This document shows, piece by piece, positions 7,882 through 14,559 of a stretch of DNA of 23,712 nucleotides; position 1 is the first letter of the stretch, and the number at the start of each line of letters is the position of its first letter. The stretch covers positions 1-23,712 of the forward strand of contig JAJQFY010000087.1 of assembly GCA_021200935.1 (NCBI GenBank), written 5' to 3'. Source of the DNA: Oscillospiraceae bacterium. GTDB taxonomy: Bacteria; Bacillota; Clostridia; Oscillospirales; Oscillospiraceae. Under the pieces are notes generated by a model. That model saw nothing but the letters and a program-made list of their open reading frames with translations. It made no database searches and was not told where the DNA came from. The position numbers and the translations under genes are program-made.

Positions 7882-7992
7882 GTGGGCGGCGGGTCTTTTG
7901 CCCGCTGGACGTCGTTGCGGCTCCTTGACGTACTGATGTACGCCTGCGTCGCCGCGCCTAGCCAGCGAGCAAAATCCCTCGCCGCGCATAAT
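7882..7992 (+). repeat. Structured palindromic intergenic element, copy B
   Basis: Outer arms are 7886-7908 and 7962-7985, middle stem GCGGC/GCCGC, inner stem CGTAC/GTACG. Collinear with copy A. Confidence 0.8.
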
Positions 7993-8062
7993 CGGACAGC
8001 CTGGATTGTTGTCTGGCGGGTGGAAACGTTCGCCGCATATTGTCGGACAGCCTGGCGGGTAC
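7993..8062 (+). repeat. CGGACA-type 51-bp repeat, about 1.4 units, homologous to 2739..2892
   Basis: Full unit at 7993-8043. A second unit starts at 8044 with an internal deletion. Confidence 0.7.
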
Positions 8063-8073
8063 AGAATTTATAC

Positions 8074-8102
8074 TTGAACTGTCATGCGGTTTGTGGTATA
8101 GT
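8074..8102 (+). promoter_or_regulatory. Promoter of candidate antitoxin sRNA 1
   Basis: TTGAAC-N17-TATAGT with TG-extended -10. No ORF follows it. Confidence 0.55.
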
Positions 8103-8108
8103 GAATAT

Positions 8109-8235
8109 AAAGAAAGGCACCTGCTGGTAACAGATGCCCTTCGGGGACTGCCGATAGACGGTTAGCCGCAAGTCAATTAGTTATTAGAAATAACCGCTCA
8201 GCTTCGCAGGCTTGGGGCGGTTATTTCTTTGTGTG
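8109..8235 (+). ncRNA. Candidate ~125-nt sRNA convergent with and 3'-overlapping the small toxin-like gene (type I antitoxin candidate)
   Basis: Bounded by the 8074..8102 promoter and the 8186..8228 hairpin plus U-rich tail. Contains no plausible ORF. Confidence 0.4.
8186..8228. terminator. Shared bidirectional terminator hairpin of sRNA 1 and toxin-like gene 1
   Basis: AGAAATAACCGC / GCGGTTATTTCT stem. The toxin stop codon (8221-8223) lies inside the stem. Confidence 0.65.
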
Positions 8236-8310
8236 TATTAATTCAATGACCACAGGCACAATGATTGCAATAATCATCAGTACAACCGAGGTTATCTCAT
8301 AACCACTCAT
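8221..8310 (-). CDS. 29-aa hydrophobic peptide, Hol-Tox-like / type I toxin candidate (MSGYEITSVVLMIIAIIVPVVIELIHTKK)
   Basis: AGGAGG lies 7 nt upstream of the ATG. Single TM-like core with a C-terminal KK. Has its own promoter and a structured leader. Below the ORF-track size cutoff. Confidence 0.65.
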   Translation of the reverse strand: MSGYEITSVVLMIIAIIVPVVIELIHTKK

Positions 8311-8391
8311 GCGACCACCTCCTTTATTCGGAGGGGCGCAGCCCCTCCGAAGAGGGCTAACCGCCTACCATCCTGGTAGTCCTTGCTTGAC

Positions 8392-8420
8392 ATAATACCA
8401 TAAAACGATAGAAATGTCCA
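8392..8420 (-). promoter_or_regulatory. Promoter of toxin-like gene 1
   Basis: Minus strand TGGACA-N17-TATTAT with TG-extended -10. The ~75-nt leader carries a CCTCC/GGAGG hairpin (plus-strand 8318-8334) able to mask the SD. Confidence 0.55.
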
Positions 8421-8496
8421 TAAAAATACACCCTTACAGACCGTCCAAAGGGTATGAAAGAGATAGCCTCCTATACGGAAAAATTTTTATTTTTCG

Positions 8497-8521
8497 GGAA
8501 CCTTTTTTCCCTTCCCTCGTC
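8497..8521 (+). promoter_or_regulatory. ECF-sigma-type promoter upstream of the SLH protein gene
   Basis: GGAAC-N16-CGTC(TAAT), 46 nt upstream of the ATG and preceded by an A/T tract. Confidence 0.45.
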
Positions 8522-8566
8522 TAATAGACAGACGCAATACAAAATACGTATCCGAAAGGAGAAGTT

Positions 8567-10777
8567 ATGATGAAACGGTTGCTTTGTCTTATTCTGGCCC
8601 TGATGATGGCGTTCGCCCTCAGCGCCTCCGCCTGGGCGGAGGCGGAGATCGTGGAGGTGGAAGAGGAGACCGCCGAATCGGGGGCGGGGCTGGAATCCAC
8701 CCTGTCCGACGTGACGTTGGCAGTGAAAAATACCCTGGGTATATCCGACGACTACACGGAGTTTTACAGCAGCTACAGCGACGATATTCTCCCCCAGTGG
8801 TATCTGACCTGGTCAAGCGACACGGAGCAGATCTCCGTCACCGCCAGCACGGAAGGGCTGGTGCTGGACGTGTACCGCTGGAACACTACGGACAGCTACG
8901 ACAGCTTCTATGGCTTTGACGCTGCCTTCCCGGCCATCGGCCAGGAGGAGGCCCGCGCCCAGGCGGAGGACTGGCTCGCCCGGCTTCTGGACGAGGACGA
9001 AACCGCCCGCATCGACAGCGTCCGCACCTCCCTGGGGACGGACGGCTATTACCGCTTTTCCGGCACGGTTCTTATAAACGGGCTGGAAAGCCCCATCACC
9101 TTCTCCCTCAGCATTGACGGGGACGGGCTATACAGCTACTACCGCAGCGACGAGTATGACCCCTATGTGGGGGAGACCCCGGCGGCCCAGTCGGACATCA
9201 CCCAGGCCCAGGCCGCCGGGTCTCTGGCGGAGGCGGTGGCCCTGGAGCTTTACTACGTCACGGACAGTGACGGCGCAGCACGGCTCCAATACGTCCCCTG
9301 CGGGCCGGACATGGTGGTGGACGCCCTGACCGGGGAGGCGGTGGATGTGGACGCCCTGTACGCCTCCCTCTCCGCCGCCAATTCCAGCCGTTCCGCCATG
9401 GCCTATGCCGCCGACACGGTGGCGGAGGAGGAGACGGCGGACGCCGGGGGCCTTACGGAGGTGGAGCTTGCCTCCATCGCGAATTTCGGCGAGGCCATGA
9501 GCCAGGCGGAGCTGGACGCGGCCCTCCGGGCCGTGGAGACTTTGGGCCTGGCAGACGGGTACACCCTGCAGTCCTGCTCCTACAGCATGGACAGCGACAC
9601 GGGGGACGTCACCGCCTCCCTGCGGTACACGGCGGAGGTGACGGAGGAGCGGCTTTTCGGCTACTCCCTGGAGGAGTTTCAGGAGTACCAGTCCTATGGC
9701 TACAGCCTGACCGCCTCCAAGTATATCACCATGAACGCCAAGACCGGGCAGATCACCTATGTTTACACCAGCTACCCCCTCTACGAGGAGGACGAGGACG
9801 TCCAGATGGACGAGGCATCCCGGCAGGCCGCGGCGGAGGCATTCCTGACCAGCGTTGCCGGGGAAATGTTCGGGGAAAGCGGTCTCTGCACCCTGCGCGG
9901 CTATGAGGAGAAAAGCGGCTACACCTACGCCCGGCTCCATGACGGGTATTTCTACCCGGAAAATTACCTCTATGTCACCGTGAACCCCGCCACCGGCACC
10001 ATAGACCGATATGACTACGTCTGGGACGAGGAGACAGAATTTGCCGATTCCCAGGGCATTGTGGATGAGGCGACCGCCACAGCCGCCTATGTGGACGCCC
10101 TGGAGGTGACGCTGGGCTATGTGGCCTGGCCCCTGGCCATCGAGGACGCGGAGGACGAGACCCTGTCCCGCTGGGCGGAGTGGGGCTATGACTATGTGCA
10201 GACCCTGCGCCTGGCCTGGTATTTTAACGGTGTGGACAGCATCGACGGCATCGACGCCCTGACAGGCCAGCCGGTAGGGGAGGACAGCGGCAACACCGGG
10301 GACTATGCCTACGACGACCTGGAGGACGTGGCCCAGGCAGAGATGATCCAGGCCCTGGCCCAGGCGGGCATCGGCTTTTCCGGCGGCTCCTTCCAGCCGG
10401 AGGCAGAGCTGACCCAGCGGGACGCCCTGGTTCTGCTGATCCAGGCCAACGGCTCCACCCCCAGCCTGACGGACGACGAACGCCTCCAGCGCCAGGCCGT
10501 GAACGCGGGCTTCATCACCGCCGGGGCGTTTGACCCGGACAAGACCGTCACCCGGATGGAGTTTCTCACCATGCTCATCGGGGCCTCCCGCTACGGGGAC
10601 GCCGCGGAGCTGACCGGCGTCTGGGCCAGCGGCTTCACCGACGTGGACGAGACGGAGGAGGGCTTTGCCGCCATCGCCAAGGCCCTGAACCTGGCCGACG
10701 GCGACACCCTCCGCCCGGACGACACCTGCACCCGCGCCGAGGCGGCGGAAATCCTGTATCGGTTCATGTGCCGGTAA
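8567..10777 (+). CDS. Secreted acidic cell-surface protein with three C-terminal SLH (S-layer homology) domains
   Basis: 736 aa. Signal peptide MMKRLLCLILALMMAFALSASAWA. SLH-like segments at the C-terminus (..FQPEAELTQRDALVLL.., ..FDPDKTVTRMEFLTML.., ..FTDVDETEEGFAAIAKALNL...TCTRAEAAEILYRF). RBS AAGGAG. Confidence 0.93.
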   Translation: MMKRLLCLILALMMAFALSASAWAEAEIVEVEEETAESGAGLESTLSDVTLAVKNTLGISDDYTEFYSSYSDDILPQWYLTWSSDTEQISVTASTEGLVLDVYRWNTTDSYDSFYGFDAAFPAIGQEEARAQAEDWLARLLDEDETARIDSVRTSLGTDGYYRFSGTVLINGLESPITFSLSIDGDGLYSYYRSDEYDPYVGETPAAQSDITQAQAAGSLAEAVALELYYVTDSDGAARLQYVPCGPDMVVDALTGEAVDVDALYASLSAANSSRSAMAYAADTVAEEETADAGGLTEVELASIANFGEAMSQAELDAALRAVETLGLADGYTLQSCSYSMDSDTGDVTASLRYTAEVTEERLFGYSLEEFQEYQSYGYSLTASKYITMNAKTGQITYVYTSYPLYEEDEDVQMDEASRQAAAEAFLTSVAGEMFGESGLCTLRGYEEKSGYTYARLHDGYFYPENYLYVTVNPATGTIDRYDYVWDEETEFADSQGIVDEATATAAYVDALEVTLGYVAWPLAIEDAEDETLSRWAEWGYDYVQTLRLAWYFNGVDSIDGIDALTGQPVGEDSGNTGDYAYDDLEDVAQAEMIQALAQAGIGFSGGSFQPEAELTQRDALVLLIQANGSTPSLTDDERLQRQAVNAGFITAGAFDPDKTVTRMEFLTMLIGASRYGDAAELTGVWASGFTDVDETEEGFAAIAKALNLADGDTLRPDDTCTRAEAAEILYRFMCR

Positions 10778-10833
10778 GGGGAAAGGGCCGCCGGGCCTCT
10801 GATACAGCCCAAACGCGAACGAAAACCCGCCGC

Positions 10834-10862
10834 TTGACAAAGGCGGCGGGTGGGCTTATAAT
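10834..10862 (+). promoter_or_regulatory. Promoter of candidate antitoxin sRNA 2
   Basis: Perfect TTGACA-N17-TATAAT. The -35 is embedded in the CCCGCCGC/GCGGCGGG hairpin that follows the SLH gene. Confidence 0.6.
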
Positions 10863-10869
10863 AAAAATA

Positions 10870-10972
10870 AGAGGGACGGTCTGTTTGCGCCAGACCCGGT
10901 CAACCTCCAATGAAATATGTTCTTGAGAAATTGCCGGTTCTTTCGCTATTAGGGCCGGTTATTTCTTTGTTA
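10870..10972 (+). ncRNA. Candidate ~100-nt sRNA convergent with and 3'-overlapping toxin-like gene 2
   Basis: Runs from the consensus promoter to the hairpin GAAATTGCCGG/CCGGTTATTTC plus a T-rich tail. Contains GGTCAACCTCC (10898-10908), complementary with one bulge to the toxin-2 SD region. Confidence 0.4.
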
Positions 10973-11039
10973 TCGCAATGACTCCAAAGATAACAACAGC
11001 CAACAGATTGAGTAACAAAATCGTTTCTTCAACTGTCAT
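10959..11039 (-). CDS. 26-aa hydrophobic peptide, Hol-Tox-like / type I toxin candidate (MTVEETILLLNLLAVVIFGVIAITKK)
   Basis: GGAGG lies 7 nt upstream of the ATG. Same C-terminal ITKK*/HTKK* and the same downstream AAGAAATAACCG(C/G)CCC sequence as 8221..8310. Confidence 0.65.
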   Translation of the reverse strand: MTVEETILLLNLLAVVIFGVIAITKK

Positions 11040-11092
11040 GTTGTCACCTCCTTTTTGGAAGGAGGCGGGCCGTTTCCCTCTTGTTCGGGAAA

Positions 11093-11121
11093 ATAGTACC
11101 ATATCGGTGTGATTGTGTCAA
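11093..11121 (-). promoter_or_regulatory. Promoter of toxin-like gene 2
   Basis: Minus strand TTGACA-N17-TACTAT with TG-extended -10. The leader hairpin CCTCCTT/AAGGAGG (plus-strand 11047-11065) can mask the SD. Confidence 0.55.
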
Positions 11122-11134
11122 GCTATTTACACCC

Positions 11135-11171
11135 AGCCCCGGCAGGCCCATACGGTCTGCCGGGGCTTTTT
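11135..11171. terminator. Hairpin between toxin-like locus 2 and the pncB 3' end
   Basis: AGCCCCGGCAG / CTGCCGGGGCT stem with a T5 run on the plus strand. It lies directly downstream of the pncB stop on the minus strand. Confidence 0.55.
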
Positions 11172-11185
11172 GCTGATATGGAATT

Positions 11186-12634
11186 TTACCGTTTCTCCCG
11201 CAGGAGATCGTTTTTGATGTTCCAGAGCTTCTGGGACAGGTCTACATAGTAGTGGTGGGGGTTCTCGAAGCGCTGAACCTCCTCCCAGAGGGAGTCCACC
11301 TGCTGGGCGCAGTAGGTTTTGATCTCCTGAAGGGCGGGGCTGCGGTAGACAAGCTCCCCGTGTTGGAAGATTGGCTCCAGAAGCTGGCGGGCGGTGAAGT
11401 CGGTCAGCTCCTTTTCCTTCCAGGTGGCGTCCGGGTCGAAGGTGGTCAGGGGCTTGGTGTCGTCCACCGTCTCGTCATAGACGCAGAGGTAATCCGCCAT
11501 GGCCTTGCCCGTGTCCCGGCCATAGAAGCGATAGAGCTTTTTGAAGTGGGGGTTGGTAATTTTATCCAGATTCTCGCTGATTTTGATTTTCGGGATGATG
11601 TTCCCCCCCTCGTCCTCCACGGCGGCCAGCTTGTACACCCCGCCGAACACCGGCTCACTGCGGGCGGTGATCAGGCGCTCACCCACGCCGAAGGTGTCGA
11701 TGCAGGCCCCCTGGCTGATGAGATCCTGAATAAGGTATTCGTCCAAGGCGTTGGAGCAGGTGATGGTGCATTCCGTCCAGCCCGCCTCGTCCAGCATTTT
11801 TCGGGCCTTCCGGGTCAGATAGGCCAGGTCGCCGGAGTCCAGGCGAATGCCGCATTTGGTGATGCCCAGGGGCTTCAAAATCTCGTTGAAAGCCCGGATG
11901 GCGTTGGGAACGCCGCTTTGCAGGGTGTTATAGGTGTCCACCAGAAGCGTCGCGTTGGTGGGATAGGTGCGGCAGTAGGCCCGGAAGGCATCCAGCTCCG
12001 TGTCGAACATCTGCACCCAGGCGTGGGCCATGGTACCCCCGGCGGGAACGCCGAAAAGCTGGTCGGACAGGGCGCAGGCCGTCCCCGCGCAGCCGCCGAT
12101 ATAGGCGGCCCTGGCCCCCAGGATGGCGGCGTCAGAGCCCTGGGCCCGGCGGGAGCCAAACTCCAGCACCGTCCGCCCCTGGGCGGCCCGGACAATGCGG
12201 TTGGCCTTGGTGGCGATCAGGCTCTGATGGTTCAGGGTGCAGAGCATATAGGTTTCCAGAAGCTGGGCCTGGATGGCGGGGGCGCGCACCACCAGGATCG
12301 GCTCCCGGGGGAACACCGGCGTCCCCTCCGGCACTGCCCAGATGTCCCCGGTGAAGTGGAAATCCGCCAGGTATTGCAGATACTCCTCCGAGAAAATGCC
12401 CCGGCCCCGGAGGTAGGCAATGTCCTCCGGCCCGAAGTGCAGGTTCTGGATGTAGTCGATGACCTGCTCCAAACCGGCGGCGATGGCGAACCCACCCCCG
12501 TCCGGCACGGTGCGGAAGAACAGGTCAAAGTAGGTGATGCGATCCCCCATCCCGCTGGCCAGGTAGCCGTTTCCCATGGTCAGCTCATAGAAATCGCACA
12601 GCATGGTCAGGTTTAAGCCCTTTTGTTCTCGCAT
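11186..12634 (-). CDS. pncB: Nicotinate phosphoribosyltransferase
   Basis: NAPRTase-typical N-terminus (LNLTMLCDFYELTMGNGY) and full-length collinearity. Start placed at MREQK (AGAGGA 8 nt upstream). The alternative upstream ATG at 12652 lacks an SD. Confidence 0.92.
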   Translation of the reverse strand: MREQKGLNLTMLCDFYELTMGNGYLASGMGDRITYFDLFFRTVPDGGGFAIAAGLEQVIDYIQNLHFGPEDIAYLRGRGIFSEEYLQYLADFHFTGDIWAVPEGTPVFPREPILVVRAPAIQAQLLETYMLCTLNHQSLIATKANRIVRAAQGRTVLEFGSRRAQGSDAAILGARAAYIGGCAGTACALSDQLFGVPAGGTMAHAWVQMFDTELDAFRAYCRTYPTNATLLVDTYNTLQSGVPNAIRAFNEILKPLGITKCGIRLDSGDLAYLTRKARKMLDEAGWTECTITCSNALDEYLIQDLISQGACIDTFGVGERLITARSEPVFGGVYKLAAVEDEGGNIIPKIKISENLDKITNPHFKKLYRFYGRDTGKAMADYLCVYDETVDDTKPLTTFDPDATWKEKELTDFTARQLLEPIFQHGELVYRSPALQEIKTYCAQQVDSLWEEVQRFENPHHYYVDLSQKLWNIKNDLLREKR

Positions 12635-12673
12635 TTGCTTGTCCTCTTTCATTTTTGGTAATATTAATTACCT

Positions 12674-12702
12674 ATTATACCGTTGATTTGCGCGGAAAGC
12701 AA
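12674..12702 (-). promoter_or_regulatory. Candidate pncB promoter
   Basis: Minus strand TTGCTT-N17-TATAAT, interleaved with the divergent transketolase promoter. Confidence 0.45.
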
Positions 12703-12711
12703 ATATATAAT
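12683..12711 (+). promoter_or_regulatory. Promoter of the transketolase/kinase operon
   Basis: TTGATT-N17-TATAAT. Confidence 0.55.
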
Positions 12712-12719
12712 ATAGAGGA

Positions 12720-12748
12720 ATACTGTCCCTTTTATCATGGGATAGTAT
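12720..12748. promoter_or_regulatory. Palindromic operator candidate at the start of the transketolase operon leader
   Basis: ATACTGTCCC-N9-GGGATAGTAT (one mismatch), immediately downstream of the predicted -10. Confidence 0.35.
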
Positions 12749-12799
12749 CATTATAACCAACGTGAAACGCAAGAACATGAGAAGGAGTTCAGTTAGATT

Positions 12800-13627
12800 A
12801 TGGAGCTTACCATAGAGCGTCAGCGCGAGCTGGAACGGCTCTGCCGCCAGTTCCGGCGGGAGGTGCTGACCGCTATTTACAAGGCCCAGTCCGGCCACCC
12901 CGGCGGGAGCCTTTCCGTGTGCGAGATCCTGACGCTGCTGTATCAGCAGCGCATGAACATCCCCGCCCCGGACGACCCTGACCGGGACAGGCTGGTGCTG
13001 TGCAAGGGCCACGCGGCCCCCATGCTGTATCGGAACCTGGAGGAGCTGGGCATTCTGCCCAAGGGCTGCATGGACGGCCTGCGGCAGTTCGGCTCTCCCC
13101 TCCAGGGCCACCCCGCCATCCACACCCCGGGGGTGGATATGCCCTCCGGCCCTCTGGGCATTGGCCTGGCCGCCGCCCAGGGCATGGCCATCGGCCTGGG
13201 GCTGAACCACTCCCCCGCCAGGGTTTACGCCGTTTTGGGGGACGGGGAGCTGGACGAGGGGGCCGTTTGGGAGGCCGCCGCCTCCGCCCCGAAATTCCGG
13301 CTGGACAATCTCTGCGCCGTGGTGGACTACAACAAGGTGCAGCTAGACGGCACCACGGACGAGATCATGCCCCTGCGGGATCTGGAGGCCAAATGGCTGG
13401 CCTTCGGCTGGCACACCGTCCGGGTGGACGGCCATGACCTGCGGGCCTTAAACCGGGCCTTCGACGCGGCGGAGGCCACCAAGGGCCAGCCCACGGTCAT
13501 CATTGCGGACACCATAAAGGGGAAGGGCGTCTCCTTTATGGAGGGCCAGGCCGGGTGGCACGGCAAGGCCATCGACCCGGACAGCTACGCCCAGGCCATG
13601 AAAGAGCTGGAGGAGGTGCGTCCATGA
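12800..13627 (+). CDS. Transketolase, N-terminal (TPP-binding) subunit
   Basis: 275 aa. GHPGGSLSVCEILTLLY and GDGELDEGAVWEA motifs. Confidence 0.95.
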   Translation: MELTIERQRELERLCRQFRREVLTAIYKAQSGHPGGSLSVCEILTLLYQQRMNIPAPDDPDRDRLVLCKGHAAPMLYRNLEELGILPKGCMDGLRQFGSPLQGHPAIHTPGVDMPSGPLGIGLAAAQGMAIGLGLNHSPARVYAVLGDGELDEGAVWEAAASAPKFRLDNLCAVVDYNKVQLDGTTDEIMPLRDLEAKWLAFGWHTVRVDGHDLRALNRAFDAAEATKGQPTVIIADTIKGKGVSFMEGQAGWHGKAIDPDSYAQAMKELEEVRP

Positions 13628-14559
13628 GCAAGGCCATACGGGATATTTACGGCGAGACCCTGGTGGAGCTGGGGGCCGAGAACGAAAACATTGTGGTGCT
13701 GGACGCCGACCTGTCCGGCTCCACCCGCTCCAAAATGTTCGGGCAGAAATACCCTGACCGCTTCTTCAACATGGGCATCGCGGAGTCAGACATGGTCTCC
13801 TGCGCCGCCGGGCTGGCCGCCGTGGGGAAGATCCCCTTTGTGAACACCTTTACCGTGTTTCTCACCACCCTGGGCCTGATCGCCACCCGGGCCCAGGTGT
13901 GCTACGGGGAGCTGAACGTGAAGCTGGCGGGGGGCTACTGCGGGATGTCGGACGCCCTGGACGGGGCCACCCACCACGCCACGGAGGACATTGCCGTCAT
14001 GCGCTCCCTGCCCAATATGCAGGTCATCGTCCCCGCCGACCCGGCCTCCTGCCGGTGGGCAACGCGGTACGCGGCGGCCCATCAGGGGCCGGTATACCTG
14101 CGGCTGAGCCGGGAGACCTACCCCGACCTATACCCCGCCGGAACCACCTTCCAGCCGGGGGAGGGGAAAATCGTCCGTCCGGGGACGGACTGCACTGTGT
14201 TCGCCATCGGCATTATGGTGCATAAGGCCCTGGAGGCGGCGGAGCTGCTGGCCCCCCAGGGCATCAGCCTGGAGGTCATCGACCTGGTCAGCGTAAAGCC
14301 CATTGACCGGGCGCTGATTTTGGAAAGCGCCGCCCGCACGGGGGCGGTAGTCTGCGCCGAGGAGCATCAGATCTACGGCGGCGCGGGCAGCGCCGTGGCG
14401 GAGGTGCTGGCCTGGGGCGGCGTGGGCGCCCCCACGGAGTTTGTGGGCATACAGGACGTCTTCACTGAAACCGGCAAATACGCCAGTCTCCTGTCCGCCT
14501 ACGGGCTGGACGCTCCGGCGGTGGCGCAGGCGGTGCAGCGGGCCGTGGCGAGAAAATGA
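13624..14559 (+). CDS. Transketolase, C-terminal (pyrimidine-binding) subunit
   Basis: Start MSKAIRDIYGETL at 13624 forms an ATGA overlap with the upstream stop. FFNMGIAESDMVS motif. The in-frame upstream ATG at 13555 was rejected. Confidence 0.95.
   Translation: MSKAIRDIYGETLVELGAENENIVVLDADLSGSTRSKMFGQKYPDRFFNMGIAESDMVSCAAGLAAVGKIPFVNTFTVFLTTLGLIATRAQVCYGELNVKLAGGYCGMSDALDGATHHATEDIAVMRSLPNMQVIVPADPASCRWATRYAAAHQGPVYLRLSRETYPDLYPAGTTFQPGEGKIVRPGTDCTVFAIGIMVHKALEAAELLAPQGISLEVIDLVSVKPIDRALILESAARTGAVVCAEEHQIYGGAGSAVAEVLAWGGVGAPTEFVGIQDVFTETGKYASLLSAYGLDAPAVAQAVQRAVARK

Noticed and set aside
7882-8130. 82-aa plus-strand ORF starting right after the enoate-reductase terminator.
   Set aside because: It lies entirely within hairpin element B, the CGGACA repeats and the sRNA-1 promoter. 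It has no SD, and the homologous element A does not keep the frame.
10911-10982. 23-aa plus-strand ORF (MKYVLEKLPVLSLLGPVISLLSQ) inside the predicted sRNA 2.
   Set aside because: There is no SD. The sequence upstream of the ATG is CCTCC, which is anti-SD-like. The ORF runs antisense through the toxin-like gene's 3' end and terminator.
12653-12799. Possible riboswitch or NiaR-type site in the pncB/transketolase intergenic region.
   Set aside because: Each leader is short, and I could not match any riboswitch core or a regulator motif I can name with confidence. Only the palindrome is reported.
13555-13623. Upstream in-frame extension of the transketolase C-subunit ORF (334-aa version).
   Set aside because: The extension overlaps the end of the N-subunit gene in another frame. 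The ATG at 13624 gives the canonical MSKAIRD... N-terminus and an ATGA stop/start overlap.
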